64,000 bases of DNA from Spirochaetota bacterium (GCA_963663865.1 OY760686.1:1344001-1408000), one strand, 5' to 3'. Positions 1 to 9,372 are shown, numbered from the stretch's first letter. The notes: generated by a model from the sequence alone, not told the origin. Numbers and translations are program-made.

Positions 1-1724
1 TCATCGAAATTAGCATCCGACTCCTTCTGATCCGCTGTAATATAGGCGATATTTATCAGAGATTTGCGTCCCATCTCGGTTTTTTCGTCAATTTCTGCTG
101 CGCGTTTGTACGCACTCAACGCGTAGTCGAGCTGGTTCTTCTTGTGATATATCATAGCCATTTTATAATGCGGTTCCTGAAGCGAGGGCCATCTTGAAAT
201 AACCGTACGGTACTGTTCCTCTGCGAGATCAAAAAAGCCGTTTTCGTAGTAGTAGCCCGCGGTTGCAAGAAGCGGGGCAGGGTTTTGGGGATTGAGCTCA
301 GCAGCCTTCTTCCACGAAGTTACTGCAAGCTCAGGCTTTCCGCCGTGCTTATAGGAGAGGCCCAGATTAATCAAGACGTCTTCATCTTTCGGGGATATGG
401 CCAGGGCCTTTTTGTAGGCTTCAACAGCTTCGTCATAGCGCATGGTATCATCAAGAATATTACCCATGTTGAGATAGGCGATGCGCGCGTTTTCGGTAGC
501 CGGCTCCATCATAGTGATTTTGCGGAAAGCCTCGTAGGCTTTATCCGGCTCACCGCTTTCATAGTATATCTCTCCTATTCGTGAAAGAATTCGGACATTA
601 CGGCCCTTAATCTCTAGGAGCCTGTTGAAGGCGGAGAGGCTTCGCCCGTATTCGCCGGCAGAAAAGTAGGCATCGCCGAGGCCCTCAAGCAATTCCGGTG
701 AGACGCCTGAAAGGGATTCGGACTGTATGAACTCCCTGAGGGCATCTTCCTTCCTGCCCTGTCTCAGGTATGCGATTCCGAGATTGTATTTCACCGAGGC
801 GTCATTGGGCCTGATTGAGGCTGCCTTCCTGAGGTTTTCCTCGGCGAGCTCGAAGTTCCCTCGTTCGGTGAAGATTATTCCAAGCCTGTTGTAGGCCCTG
901 TATGCTATGTCGCCGATGCGGTCAGCGGCCCCGGCCTTTTTAAAGTACTCTACCGCGGCAAATTCATCGCCCTGCTTCATAAGAGATGAAGCAAGGTTGT
1001 ACATCACCGGGGCGTTTCCGGGGGTATCCTCAAGTATGCCGGCATAGGCATCTGCGGCCTCTCTGAACTTACCCTGTTCAAACAGGATATTCCCCCTGAG
1101 TATCCTTGTATCAGTGTCATCCGGGCTGATATCAAGCGATTTGGATATCTGCTCTGAGGCTTCTTCAAGGCGGTTTGAATGCCTGTATGCGAGAGCCAGG
1201 TTCTTCAGTATTTCAGGGTTGTTGTCATCAAGCGAAAGGGCTCTTCTGTAGTAATCGATTGCTTTTTCGTAATCGCCCCTATCGTCGGCGATCATGCCCA
1301 TATAGGTCAGAGCAATGGCCCTGTCCCGGCTGTCAGCGTCAGATTCAACAACCTCTGTGAATTCGCTAATCGCGTCTGTGTAGTATTTTTTGAGGTAGCT
1401 TTCGCTCCCGCGCTTGATGTGAATGTTGTCCGATTGCAGGCTCATACTTCCTGAAAGGCTGCCTATCGCTTTCTCGTCTCCGGCAAGTCCGGAAACTGCC
1501 GGAACTGAGGGCTTCATTTTTGACGTGTATAGCAACAGAGCCGCAGCGGCGGCAATTACAAGAAGCAGCACGGCCCCCGCTGTGATGAGGCCTCTTTTCC
1601 TGCCCGAAAGGCGGGAGGGCAGGCCGGCATCCGGGGTTATCGAGCTTATCCTGTTGGTAAGGAGTTCATCTTCAGGGATCGGAGGTCTCTCTCCTGACGG
1701 TTGAACGCGTCTAACCTTCTTCAT
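1..1724 (-). CDS. Membrane-anchored TPR-repeat protein, 3' end beyond the window
   Basis: Read manually (absent from ORF track): ATG at 1724 overlapping the nusB end, MKKVRRVQPSGERPP...GLITAGAVLLLVIAAAAALLLY (one TM), then repeated TPR-like helices (e.g. YNLASSL, YNRLGIIF, YNLGIAYL). Confidence 0.8.
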   Translation of the reverse strand, partial: MKKVRRVQPSGERPPIPEDELLTNRISSITPDAGLPSRLSGRKRGLITAGAVLLLVIAAAAALLLYTSKMKPSVPAVSGLAGDEKAIGSLSGSMSLQSDNIHIKRGSESYLKKYYTDAISEFTEVVESDADSRDRAIALTYMGMIADDRGDYEKAIDYYRRALSLDDNNPEILKNLALAYRHSNRLEEASEQISKSLDISPDDTDTRILRGNILFEQGKFREAADAYAGILEDTPGNAPVMYNLASSLMKQGDEFAAVEYFKKAGAADRIGDIAYRAYNRLGIIFTERGNFELAEENLRKAASIRPNDASVKYNLGIAYLRQGRKEDALREFIQSESLSGVSPELLEGLGDAYFSAGEYGRSLSAFNRLLEIKGRNVRILSRIGEIYYESGEPDKAYEAFRKITMMEPATENARIAYLNMGNILDDTMRYDEAVEAYKKALAISPKDEDVLINLGLSYKHGGKPELAVTSWKKAAELNPQNPAPLLATAGYYYENGFFDLAEEQYRTVISRWPSLQEPHYKMAMIYHKKNQLDYALSAYKRAAEIDEKTEMGRKSLINIAYITADQKESDANFD

Positions 1725-2166
1725 TGGTGCTGTCCGTAGAAACAATGGTTTTATTTATTGCGTCGAGGATGCCGTTAATGAACTGGCCCGAGCTGTCTCC
1801 GCTGTAGAGCTTGCCGAGCTCAATCGCTTCGTTAATTGTCACCGCGGCGGGCACCTCATGTGAGTTAAGCATCTCGTAAATGGCCAGCCTTAGAATTGAC
1901 TTGTCAACAGCGGAAAGACGTTCCAGCTTCCAGTTCCTTGAGAAGCGGTCAATAAGGCTGTCGATTCTTTCGGAGTCCGCGAGAGTTCCCCTGATAAGTG
2001 CGACGGCGAAGTCCCTGATCTCGGGGACAATATCGCTGTCAATCCACGAGAGAGAGGTGACATTGTCGAGGAGTTCATCTCTGTGATCTTCCTGATCTTT
2101 GAGTCGCATCTCGTACATGTACAGTGCCTGAAGGGCGTATTCCCTTGATTTTCTTCTATGTCCCAT
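1711..2166 (-). CDS. nusB: Transcription antitermination factor NusB
   Basis: RRKSREYALQALY, NWKLERLSAVDKSILRLAIYE, INEAIELGK, FINGILD; follows ribH. Confidence 0.97.
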   Translation of the reverse strand: MGHRRKSREYALQALYMYEMRLKDQEDHRDELLDNVTSLSWIDSDIVPEIRDFAVALIRGTLADSERIDSLIDRFSRNWKLERLSAVDKSILRLAIYEMLNSHEVPAAVTINEAIELGKLYSGDSSGQFINGILDAINKTIVSTDSTNEEG

Positions 2167-2630
2167 CAGCGCAGTTTCTTGTAGAGGTCGGTCATTTCAA
2201 TTGCCGAAAAGGCGGCGTCAAAACCCTTGTTTCCTGATTTTGTGCCGGCCCTTTCAACAGCCTGTTCTATCGAGTCGGTGGTTATCACTCCGAATATCAC
2301 CGGAACCCCAGTGCTCATCGAAACCTGTGCCACTCCCTTGGATACCTCTGCCGCAACATAGTCGAAGTGCGGGGTTGCGCCTCTGATAACCGCGCCGAGG
2401 CATATGACAGCGTCATATTTCCCTGATTCCGCAGCTATTTTTGCTGCCGGTGGAATTTCGAAGGCGCCCGGAACGCGTATGGCGGTAATGTTTTTGCTTT
2501 CCGCGTTGTGGCGTAGCAGACAGTCGACTGCGCCGTCGAGCAGTTTCCCTGTAATAAAGTCATTGAACCTTGAAACGACAATCGCGAAGCTTTTGCCCGA
2601 CGCGTCGAGTTTTCCTTCTATGGTATTCAT
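2166..2630 (-). CDS. ribH: 6,7-dimethyl-8-ribityllumazine synthase
   Basis: [40 protein letters not shown]. Confidence 0.98.
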   Translation of the reverse strand: MNTIEGKLDASGKSFAIVVSRFNDFITGKLLDGAVDCLLRHNAESKNITAIRVPGAFEIPPAAKIAAESGKYDAVICLGAVIRGATPHFDYVAAEVSKGVAQVSMSTGVPVIFGVITTDSIEQAVERAGTKSGNKGFDAAFSAIEMTDLYKKLR

Positions 2631-2970
2631 CTCAGATTTTCCCTGGTTTTAGAATGTGTTTGTGTGCAAACGCTCATTATATCCTCAGTTAAAACGGCTA
2701 ATCGTCAAGCCTTTTTTAAAGGCCGGGGGGGGATGTCTTTGCGAGTCAATGCCTCCGGAAAACACATGGCCCAATCTATTTCATTGCCCGGCAGAAATGC
2801 TTTGAGGGCAGTCGTGCGTCAGATGGAAGCTGTGATTTGCCGCTCGGGGGTTCGGGCCGGAGCGCTCTGAAATAATCATATCGATGAGATTGTTAAAAAA
2901 ACTGTTTCATGCCGCTGATTTGAAAAAAATCTTGACAATACGGGCCCTTGAAAATTTGTTATTTATATCA

Positions 2971-3044
2971 GGGCGATTAGCTCAGCTGGTTAGAGTGCCT
3001 GCTTGACGTGCAGGAGGTCACTGGTTCGACTCCAGTATCGCCCA
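2971..3044 (+). tRNA. tRNA-Val(GAC)
   Basis: Acceptor GGGCGAT/ATCGCCC, D arm GCTC/GAGT, anticodon arm CCTGC-TT GAC GT-GCAGG, T arm ACTGG-TTCGACT-CCAGT; CCA not encoded. Confidence 0.96.
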
Positions 3045-3074
3045 AAGATTCCCGCCGATGCAATGGAGACTACC

Positions 3075-4994
3075 TTGAGTGATAAGATAAAGATCATATT
3101 GCCTGACTCGACCGAAATAAGCGCGGAAAAAGGTATAACCGCGGGTGAGGCAGCCGGGCTTATAAGCAAGGGGCTGCAGTCAGCTGCCCTTGCCGCAGAG
3201 GTTAACGGACATGACGTTGACCTCACAACTCCCATCAACGAAGACTCTTCTTTAAACTTAATAACATTTAAAACAGAAAAGGGCAGAACGCTCTACTGGC
3301 ATTCGGCTTCGCACCTTATGGCGCAGGCAATAAAGCGGCTTTATCCATCGGTAAAATTTGCGATCGGCCCTTCGGTAGAGAGCGGATTCTACTATGATAT
3401 AGACCTCGACGTAAGTCTGGTCCCTGAAGACCTTGAAAAGATTGAAGCAGAGATGCTTAAAATCGCGGAAGAGGGCGCCGAGGTTAAGCGTGAGGTCATG
3501 AGCCGCGAAAAGGCGCGAGAGCTCTTTGCTGCAAGCGGCGAGGTCTACAAGGTCGAGATGATCGACGAGATAGAGGCCGATACAGTTTCCGTTTACAGGC
3601 AGGGAGAATTCTTCGATCTATGCCGGGGCCCTCATGTGCCCGATGCCTCTTACATCAAGGCGTTCAAGCTTCTTTCAGTCGCTGGCGCGTACTGGAAGGG
3701 CGACGAAAAAAACAAGATGCTTCAGCGGATTTACGGAACAGCCTTCCCTGACAGGAAAGAGCTGAAAAAGCATCTTGAGCTTATTGAGGAAGCAAAAAAA
3801 CGGGATCACCGAAAAATAGGCAAAGAGCTTGAGATATTCTCCTTCAGCAATGACGTTGGAGTCGGCCTGCCGCTCTGGCACCCAAACGGCGCTATACTGC
3901 GTTACATAATCGATAAATTTGAGACAGCTGAGCATCTCAAGCGTGGATACAAGCTTTACACGGTACCGCATATCGCCAGATCAAATCTGTACGAGACATC
4001 GGGCCACCTCGGCTTTTACAATCAGAACATGTATTCGCCTATTCAGATTGACGGACAGGACTATTATCTGAAGCCGATGAACTGCCCGTCGCAGATTCAG
4101 ATTTTCAACAGCACCATGAAAAGTTACAGGGATCTGCCCTATAAAGCATTCGAGATGGGGACTGTTTACAGATATGAGCGGTCTGGTGTTCTACATGGAC
4201 TGACCAGGGTAAGAGGATTTACCCAGGATGACGCTCATATCTTCTGTACCGAAGATCAGGTTGCAGAAGAGATCGGGAAGGTCCTGGCATTTACACTTGA
4301 GATTCTGGGAGTGTTCGGCTTTCATGAGAAAAACATTTACCTTTCAACCAGACCGGAAAAATCAGTTGGAACTGACAGGAACTGGGAGATAGCAACTGAA
4401 GCCCTTAAAACAGCACTTGAGGTCAATAATGTTGATTACAGCATAGATCCGGGAGAGGGGGTATTTTACGGACCCAAGATCGATGTAAAGATAAAAGATG
4501 CTATAGGCCGTGAATGGCAGTGCAGCACCATTCAGGTTGATTTCAACCTTCCGGAGAGATTTGACATCTCTTATATCGGAAGCGATGGCCAGAAGCACCG
4601 CCCCATAATGATTCACCGAGCTCTTCTTGGCTCTCTTGAGCGGTTCATCGGCATACTTATCGAGCATCACAGCGGCAAGTTTCCGGCATGGCTGGCTCCT
4701 GTGCAGATGATTATTGCCAGCGTTTCTGAGGAACAGGCAGCGTATGTTGAAGGGCTTAAGAACAGGCTTTTAGTTGAAGAGATGAGGCCCGAGATTGATG
4801 TGAGAAGCGAGTCAATAGGCTATAAGATCAGAGAGGCTATATCCAAAAAAGTACCTTACATTTGCGTTGCAGGAGCAAAGGAGGCCGCGTCCGGCGAGAT
4901 ATCAGTGAGACGTCTCGGGCAGAAGGAGTCAGTTACCATGACAGTCGATTCATTTGTACAGATGGTGAAAGAAGAGGTTGCAGATAAGAAATAG
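3075..4994 (+). CDS. thrS: Threonine--tRNA ligase (start probably TTG 3075 or ATG 3063; track start 3003 lies inside the tRNA)
   Basis: TGS domain, HSASHL, DLCRGPHV, RDHRKIG, KPMNCP, TRVRGFTQDDAHIF, IHRALLGSLERF; GGAG 6 nt before TTG 3075. Confidence 0.98.
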   Translation: MSDKIKIILPDSTEISAEKGITAGEAAGLISKGLQSAALAAEVNGHDVDLTTPINEDSSLNLITFKTEKGRTLYWHSASHLMAQAIKRLYPSVKFAIGPSVESGFYYDIDLDVSLVPEDLEKIEAEMLKIAEEGAEVKREVMSREKARELFAASGEVYKVEMIDEIEADTVSVYRQGEFFDLCRGPHVPDASYIKAFKLLSVAGAYWKGDEKNKMLQRIYGTAFPDRKELKKHLELIEEAKKRDHRKIGKELEIFSFSNDVGVGLPLWHPNGAILRYIIDKFETAEHLKRGYKLYTVPHIARSNLYETSGHLGFYNQNMYSPIQIDGQDYYLKPMNCPSQIQIFNSTMKSYRDLPYKAFEMGTVYRYERSGVLHGLTRVRGFTQDDAHIFCTEDQVAEEIGKVLAFTLEILGVFGFHEKNIYLSTRPEKSVGTDRNWEIATEALKTALEVNNVDYSIDPGEGVFYGPKIDVKIKDAIGREWQCSTIQVDFNLPERFDISYIGSDGQKHRPIMIHRALLGSLERFIGILIEHHSGKFPAWLAPVQMIIASVSEEQAAYVEGLKNRLLVEEMRPEIDVRSESIGYKIREAISKKVPYICVAGAKEAASGEISVRRLGQKESVTMTVDSFVQMVKEEVADKK

Positions 4995-5135
4995 ATGTGT
5001 TGCGTTTGTTCCCGTGAGTTGCTGTCTGGCGGAAAAAATAACCGGCGGTCAGGAATTGTAGTTGATTTTAAAATATCCCCTGTAAAGCTGACCTTTACAT
5101 ATTAAATCAAAGTTATTGGGGGTATTCTAACATAT

Positions 5136-5678
5136 ATGAAACGAGGAATGGGGCCCGGATCAGCCAGATCGGAGGAGTACAGGGTTAACGAGCAGATTGA
5201 CGCATCTGAAGTCAGGCTTGTTGGTGAAGATGACAAAGACGCGGTAATTATTTCTCTTAAAGATGCCCTGGAGCTTGCCGTAAAACGTGAAATGGATCTG
5301 GTTGAGATTTCTCCGAACCAGGATCCCCCGATTGTCAGAATAACCGATTACAGCAAGTTTAAATATGAACAGCTGAAAAAGGCTAAAGAAGCCAAAAAGA
5401 AGCAGAAGACGATTCAGCTCAAAGAAATAAAAATGCGTCCCGCGATTGACAGTCACGATTTCGTCCACAAAGTCAAGCACGCGCGCGATTTCCTTGAGGA
5501 GGGCGATAAGGTCAAGTTCACGCTGATGTTCAGGGGCCGGGAGATGGTTCATCCGGAGCTTGGATTTGAGGTCATGAAGCGGATTCAAAATGAGCTTGAT
5601 GATGTTGCAGTTGTTGAGAAGGATGCCTCTCAGGAAGGGCGAAATATCACCATGATTGTCTCTCTAAAGAAGAAGTAA
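5136..5678 (+). CDS. infC: Translation initiation factor IF-3
   Basis: RVNEQI, VRLVG, DLVEISP, KEIKMRPAID, FRGRE; thrS-infC-rpmI-rplT order. Confidence 0.97.
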   Translation: MKRGMGPGSARSEEYRVNEQIDASEVRLVGEDDKDAVIISLKDALELAVKREMDLVEISPNQDPPIVRITDYSKFKYEQLKKAKEAKKKQKTIQLKEIKMRPAIDSHDFVHKVKHARDFLEEGDKVKFTLMFRGREMVHPELGFEVMKRIQNELDDVAVVEKDASQEGRNITMIVSLKKK

Positions 5679-5741
5679 CCAATGCCGCGAGAGCGGCAGA
5701 ATGACAGATAAACCTTTTATATAGAAACAGTGAGGAACAAA

Positions 5742-5939
5742 ATGCCTAAGTTAAAGTCGAACAGTGGTGCTAAAAAGCGTTTTAAAATAACAAGAAACGG
5801 AAAGGTTGTTTACGCGAGAGGATTCAAGAGGCACATTCTTGAGTCGAAGTCTCCGAAAAGGAAAAGACAGCTTAGAGGTACAGCGGTGGTCGCAGAAGCT
5901 GATACTCCCCGTGTGAAGGCAATGCTGCCCTACGCATAA
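5742..5939 (+). CDS. rpmI: 50S ribosomal protein L35
   Basis: [15 protein letters not shown]...[15 protein letters not shown]; GAGG RBS before ATG 5742. Confidence 0.96.
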   Translation: MPKLKSNSGAKKRFKITRNGKVVYARGFKRHILESKSPKRKRQLRGTAVVAEADTPRVKAMLPYA

Positions 5940-5946
5940 TAATTGA

Positions 5947-6072
5947 GTATATCAGGCTGGTTTCCCTGTGGTGTTATATTCCATAGGGTACGAAGCACGG
6001 GAATTCAAAGAGGATGACAATCCCTCCCTGATTCTGCCTTCCGGGACAAAGCGAAGCCTGATTGCAATATAC
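5947..6072 (+). ncRNA. Candidate structured cis-regulatory RNA upstream of rplT
   Basis: Closing helix ATCAGGCT(5951-5958)/AGCCTGAT(6055-6062) enclosing hairpins CCCTGTGG/CCATAGGG (5964-5988) and GAGG..CCTC (6010-6026). Confidence 0.5.
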
Positions 6073-6089
6073 GAACAAAGAGGAAAGAG

Positions 6090-6434
6090 ATGCCAAGAGC
6101 AACAACAGGACTTGTTCACCGAAAGAGAAGCCGTAAAATCTTAAAGGATGTTAAAGGATTTATCGGCTCAAGAAGCAAGCTGTACAGAACAGCAAAGGAC
6201 GCGAGAAGAAGAGCTCTACAGAATTCCTACAAGGACAGAAGAAGAAAAAAACGCGATATGCGTTCTCTCTGGATTGTCAGGATAGGAGCTGCTTCACGGA
6301 TGTTCGGTCTTTCTTACAGCAGGTTTATTTCAGGACTCAAAAAAAATGAGATCGTGATAAACAGAAAAATGCTTTCTGAACTCGCTGTAAGCGATATAGA
6401 AACCTTTGGAAAGCTTGTTGAAAAGGTAAAATAA
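6090..6434 (+). CDS. rplT: 50S ribosomal protein L20
   Basis: MPRA, KGFIGSRSKLYR, DRRRKKRDMRSLWIVRI, INRKMLSELA. Confidence 0.97.
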   Translation: MPRATTGLVHRKRSRKILKDVKGFIGSRSKLYRTAKDARRRALQNSYKDRRRKKRDMRSLWIVRIGAASRMFGLSYSRFISGLKKNEIVINRKMLSELAVSDIETFGKLVEKVK

Positions 6435-6446
6435 TCGGTTGAAACC

Positions 6447-7343
6447 GTGAAGCTATCCTTTAAAAGAACAATAGGCGCCCTGATCGGGGCGCTTTTTCTT
6501 TTAGTTTCTGTTCCTTCGAGAGGGTTTAACTTTATTCAAACCGCTGCGCCACTTCCTGAGGGTAAGCTGCAGCTCTCCCAAACAGCCGGCTACCGCTATC
6601 TCGGAGATGGACATGCAATGAATTACGGAACGGATGCCGGACTGGGAATCACCGATTCGCTTTTCTTCAGGGCCGGTTTCGAATCTATGGCAGCCGCTGA
6701 TGTTAAACATTCATCTGGAATAAACGATGTGGACGTGAATGTAGGCTATTCGCCGGGGTATATTTTTGGTGACTCAATCATCCTGGCCTTCGGTATTAAT
6801 CTAAGATTTAGTCGGGCCGGCCGTGACGATGCACTGGATGATTTGAGGTATGCGGATAATGCTGATGTTCTGCTGCCTTACGCGGCCCTTTCTTTTCCGT
6901 TCTCGGAAAGGCTGATGATCCATGTCAATGCCGGATATGCTTTCAGAGAAGAGGAAGAAGAGAGCCTCTACAGGGGGTTTAATCTCAGGATAAATGACAA
7001 AGAAGCATACAAACAATTATTTGGCCTCAATCCGTTTTCTGACGGAGCTTTTATGGAGTTGTCAAACTTCAAAAATGATTATATAATAATCGGTGTTGGA
7101 GTAAACTCCGGACATATTTATCCAGTAGTGCCTTATGCGGAGTTTTTGAGCCTTATCCGCTTTACCGGGAAAGGGCTTGCTGACGGAGAGTCAGGCCATC
7201 TGTTCCAGGGAAGGCTGGCTTTCGGGTTCAGGTATTTTTTATCAGACAACGCTTTTGCAGGGATCAGCGCTCTGGCAGTTTTTTACGGTTTTTTTGGGGA
7301 GGATGAGGCGGCAGTTATATCCGAGTTCTCGGTTCGTTTCTAG
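6447..7343 (+). CDS. Hypothetical exported protein, possible outer-membrane beta-barrel
   Basis: Signal-peptide-like N-terminus, alternating aromatic/Gly beta-strands, C-terminal SEFSVRF. Confidence 0.6.
   Translation: MKLSFKRTIGALIGALFLLVSVPSRGFNFIQTAAPLPEGKLQLSQTAGYRYLGDGHAMNYGTDAGLGITDSLFFRAGFESMAAADVKHSSGINDVDVNVGYSPGYIFGDSIILAFGINLRFSRAGRDDALDDLRYADNADVLLPYAALSFPFSERLMIHVNAGYAFREEEEESLYRGFNLRINDKEAYKQLFGLNPFSDGAFMELSNFKNDYIIIGVGVNSGHIYPVVPYAEFLSLIRFTGKGLADGESGHLFQGRLAFGFRYFLSDNAFAGISALAVFYGFFGEDEAAVISEFSVRF
6474..6502 (+). terminator. Intrinsic terminator-like hairpin after rplT
   Basis: GGCGCCCT-GATC-GGGGCGCT followed by TTTTCTTTT. Confidence 0.65.
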
Positions 7344-7413
7344 ACGTACAGGGAAACTTAACAGCGCCGTAATCCAAAATTACAATATTCAACCTGAGCG
7401 CTCTAATATATTC

Positions 7414-7441
7414 TTGACTATGATTGGACTCTGTGTATACT
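7414..7441 (+). promoter_or_regulatory. Sigma70-type promoter for zapB-zapA-6S
   Basis: TTGACT-16 nt-TATACT. Confidence 0.55.
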
Positions 7442-7567
7442 GTATGCGGGTTATTCCCGGGAGAAGAGGATTTTGCTAAAAGCTGACCCTTTTTATTCCG
7501 AAACTGAACTATAGGTCTAATCCTGCAAAACAAATCGTTCAAATGAAACTGTGACGGAGGAGCAACA

Positions 7568-8227
7568 ATGATAACAATGCAGCAGCTTGAGGAACTCGAA
7601 AGCAGGGTTGTGAGGGCTCTCCAGCTTATCGGCGATTTAAGGTCTGAAAACGCGAAGCTTGAAAGTGACAATGAGACGCTTAAAGGGGAGGTCGAAGAGG
7701 TCAGGTTAACCCTTGAGGAGAAGGAACAGGAAATTGCCAGGATTAAGAAGGAGCTTGATGATGCAACAAGCGAGCTCAATGAGATAAAATCAAAGGAAGA
7801 AGTCCTGGAAAAGAAAATTATCCAGCTTTTAGGAAAACTCGACGGAATTCAGGGAGCTGACGGTGGACCTTCAGCCTCGTTCGTAAGCACTTCCGCAACA
7901 GCAGCAGCTGCTCCTCAGGATGCGATCCCGTCAGCTTCAGCAGAAATTGAGGCTGAGGACGAGGAACCCGCTTCGATAGAAGACGACGATGATATAATAA
8001 TAATCGATGATGAAGATGATATCACAGATGACGGGATTGTTATGGAAGATATCACAGATGACGGTTCTTCTGATGATGATATCATACTTCTTGACGACGA
8101 TGATGATGAGGTTGTTATTGGCGGAGATGATGAGATTGTGGATGACACGTCTGCCTCTCAGGAAGAAAATGATGAGACTTTTGACGATGACGACTTTATA
8201 ATTATTGAAGATGATGAAAGCAAGTAG
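7568..8227 (+). CDS. zapB: ZapB-like coiled-coil protein with long acidic C-terminal tail
   Basis: LEELESRVVRALQLIGDLRSENAKLE heptad coil; directly upstream of zapA; GGAGGAG RBS. Confidence 0.7.
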   Translation: MITMQQLEELESRVVRALQLIGDLRSENAKLESDNETLKGEVEEVRLTLEEKEQEIARIKKELDDATSELNEIKSKEEVLEKKIIQLLGKLDGIQGADGGPSASFVSTSATAAAAPQDAIPSASAEIEAEDEEPASIEDDDDIIIIDDEDDITDDGIVMEDITDDGSSDDDIILLDDDDDEVVIGGDDEIVDDTSASQEENDETFDDDDFIIIEDDESK

Positions 8228-8258
8228 GCTGGAATCGCCGGAGTAAGAGGTTTCAGTT

Positions 8259-8582
8259 TTGGAAAACAACACGAAAGTAAAAGTGTCGATATTCGGCCAG
8301 ACTTACACTGTAAGCGGTGATGCCGGATCCGAGTATATTCAGAAACTTGCGGAGTTTGTAGATTCCCGAATGGAGGAAATGAGCGTCAATGTCGCCAGCC
8401 GCAATCCGTCACAGGTGGCTATACTCGCAGCGCTGAATATTGCGGACGAGTTTTTTCAGCTGAAGAGGATTAAGCTCGGGTCGGACAGGGAAATGGAGGA
8501 AAAAACCAGGGCCCTCATCTCGATGCTTGACGAGGGACTCATAGGCGACAGCTTCTCGAGAATTGACGGCATTTCAGAATAG
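8259..8582 (+). CDS. zapA: Cell division protein ZapA
   Basis: VKVSIFGQTYTV, LAEFVDSRM, VAILAALNIADE. Confidence 0.93.
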   Translation: MENNTKVKVSIFGQTYTVSGDAGSEYIQKLAEFVDSRMEEMSVNVASRNPSQVAILAALNIADEFFQLKRIKLGSDREMEEKTRALISMLDEGLIGDSFSRIDGISE

Positions 8583-8591
8583 AAAGTATTC

Positions 8592-8749
8592 ACCAGGTGT
8601 ACTTCCTGCCTATTCCTCCCCGGGATGTCAGATTTTGGAATTCTGTGTTTGGTGGCACATTCAAGTCAGCATGGGACGGGAAGCCTGGCTGATATTTACC
8701 GGCCGGGGCGTTCGGATATGATATGATTTAGCAGGACGGTACTACAGGT
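8592..8749 (+). ncRNA. ssrS: 6S RNA
   Basis: Position right after zapA (common ssrS locus); rod fold with GTAC-TTCCTGC/GCAGGA-CG-GTAC closing stem, central bubble, CCCCGG/CCGGGG and GATGTCAG/CTGATATT inner stems. Confidence 0.75.
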
Positions 8750-8791
8750 AGAGACAGGCGGCCTGGATTACAAATACTGGCGGAGAGAGAT

Positions 8792-9331
8792 ATGAACTTA
8801 GCAGAATTAATTAAAACAAAAGGCGTAGTTGACAGCGCTCTTGAAGAGGCGGAGAATAACGGTACTGTGACTTCAGGCAGCGTTATTCAACTTGTCAGCT
8901 TTCTTCTTGATGATGTAGAATACGGCGTGAATATTCTGTCCGTTCACGAGATACTAAGATATCCTATTATTACGCGACTTCCGAATACGCCTGAATTTAT
9001 AAAGGGTGTAATCAATCTTCGCGGAAATGTCCTTCCTGTCGTCGATGTGAGGCTCAGGTTTGGTTACGAGCCGGGGAGCATTACAGACCTCACAAGAATA
9101 ATAGTCACTGAAATCGCGGGAAAACAGGTAGGTCTTCTCGTGGACAATGTTCATCAGGTTGTCAGAATACCTTCTTCCCAGATTGATCCACCGTCTGATT
9201 TGCTTGAGGGTGTTTCTGAGGTCTTTATCAAAGGAATTGGAAGAATGAAAGACAGGCTTATCATCATAATTAACATGACAAGAGTGATATTTGAAGAAGA
9301 TGAAGAGGAGGATGCGGAAATATCCGCATAA
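8792..9331 (+). CDS. cheW: Chemotaxis coupling protein CheW
   Basis: QLVSF, GVINLRGNVLPVVD, VGLLVDNV. Confidence 0.95.
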   Translation: MNLAELIKTKGVVDSALEEAENNGTVTSGSVIQLVSFLLDDVEYGVNILSVHEILRYPIITRLPNTPEFIKGVINLRGNVLPVVDVRLRFGYEPGSITDLTRIIVTEIAGKQVGLLVDNVHQVVRIPSSQIDPPSDLLEGVSEVFIKGIGRMKDRLIIIINMTRVIFEEDEEEDAEISA

Positions 9332-9347
9332 CTCATATATCAGTGCA

Positions 9348-9372
9348 ACTTCCGGAGGCTTTTTCCGGAAGT
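9348..9372. other. Inverted repeat between cheW and cheA
   Basis: ACTTCCGGA...TCCGGAAGT stem, no clear U-tract after it; possible mRNA stability/pause hairpin. Confidence 0.4.

Noticed and set aside
285-1704. Plus-strand ORFs 285-584, 1175-1454, 1423-1704 and similar short antisense ORFs across the window
   Set aside because: Shadows of well-supported genes on the opposite strand.
2631-2930. FMN riboswitch upstream of ribH (and ORF 2664-2870)
   Set aside because: No RFN consensus on the minus strand; region reads as divergent promoters; the ORF has no recognisable features.
3003-3062. Extended N-terminus of ThrS given by the ORF track
   Set aside because: Overlaps tRNA-Val; downstream starts fit the TGS domain and RBS.
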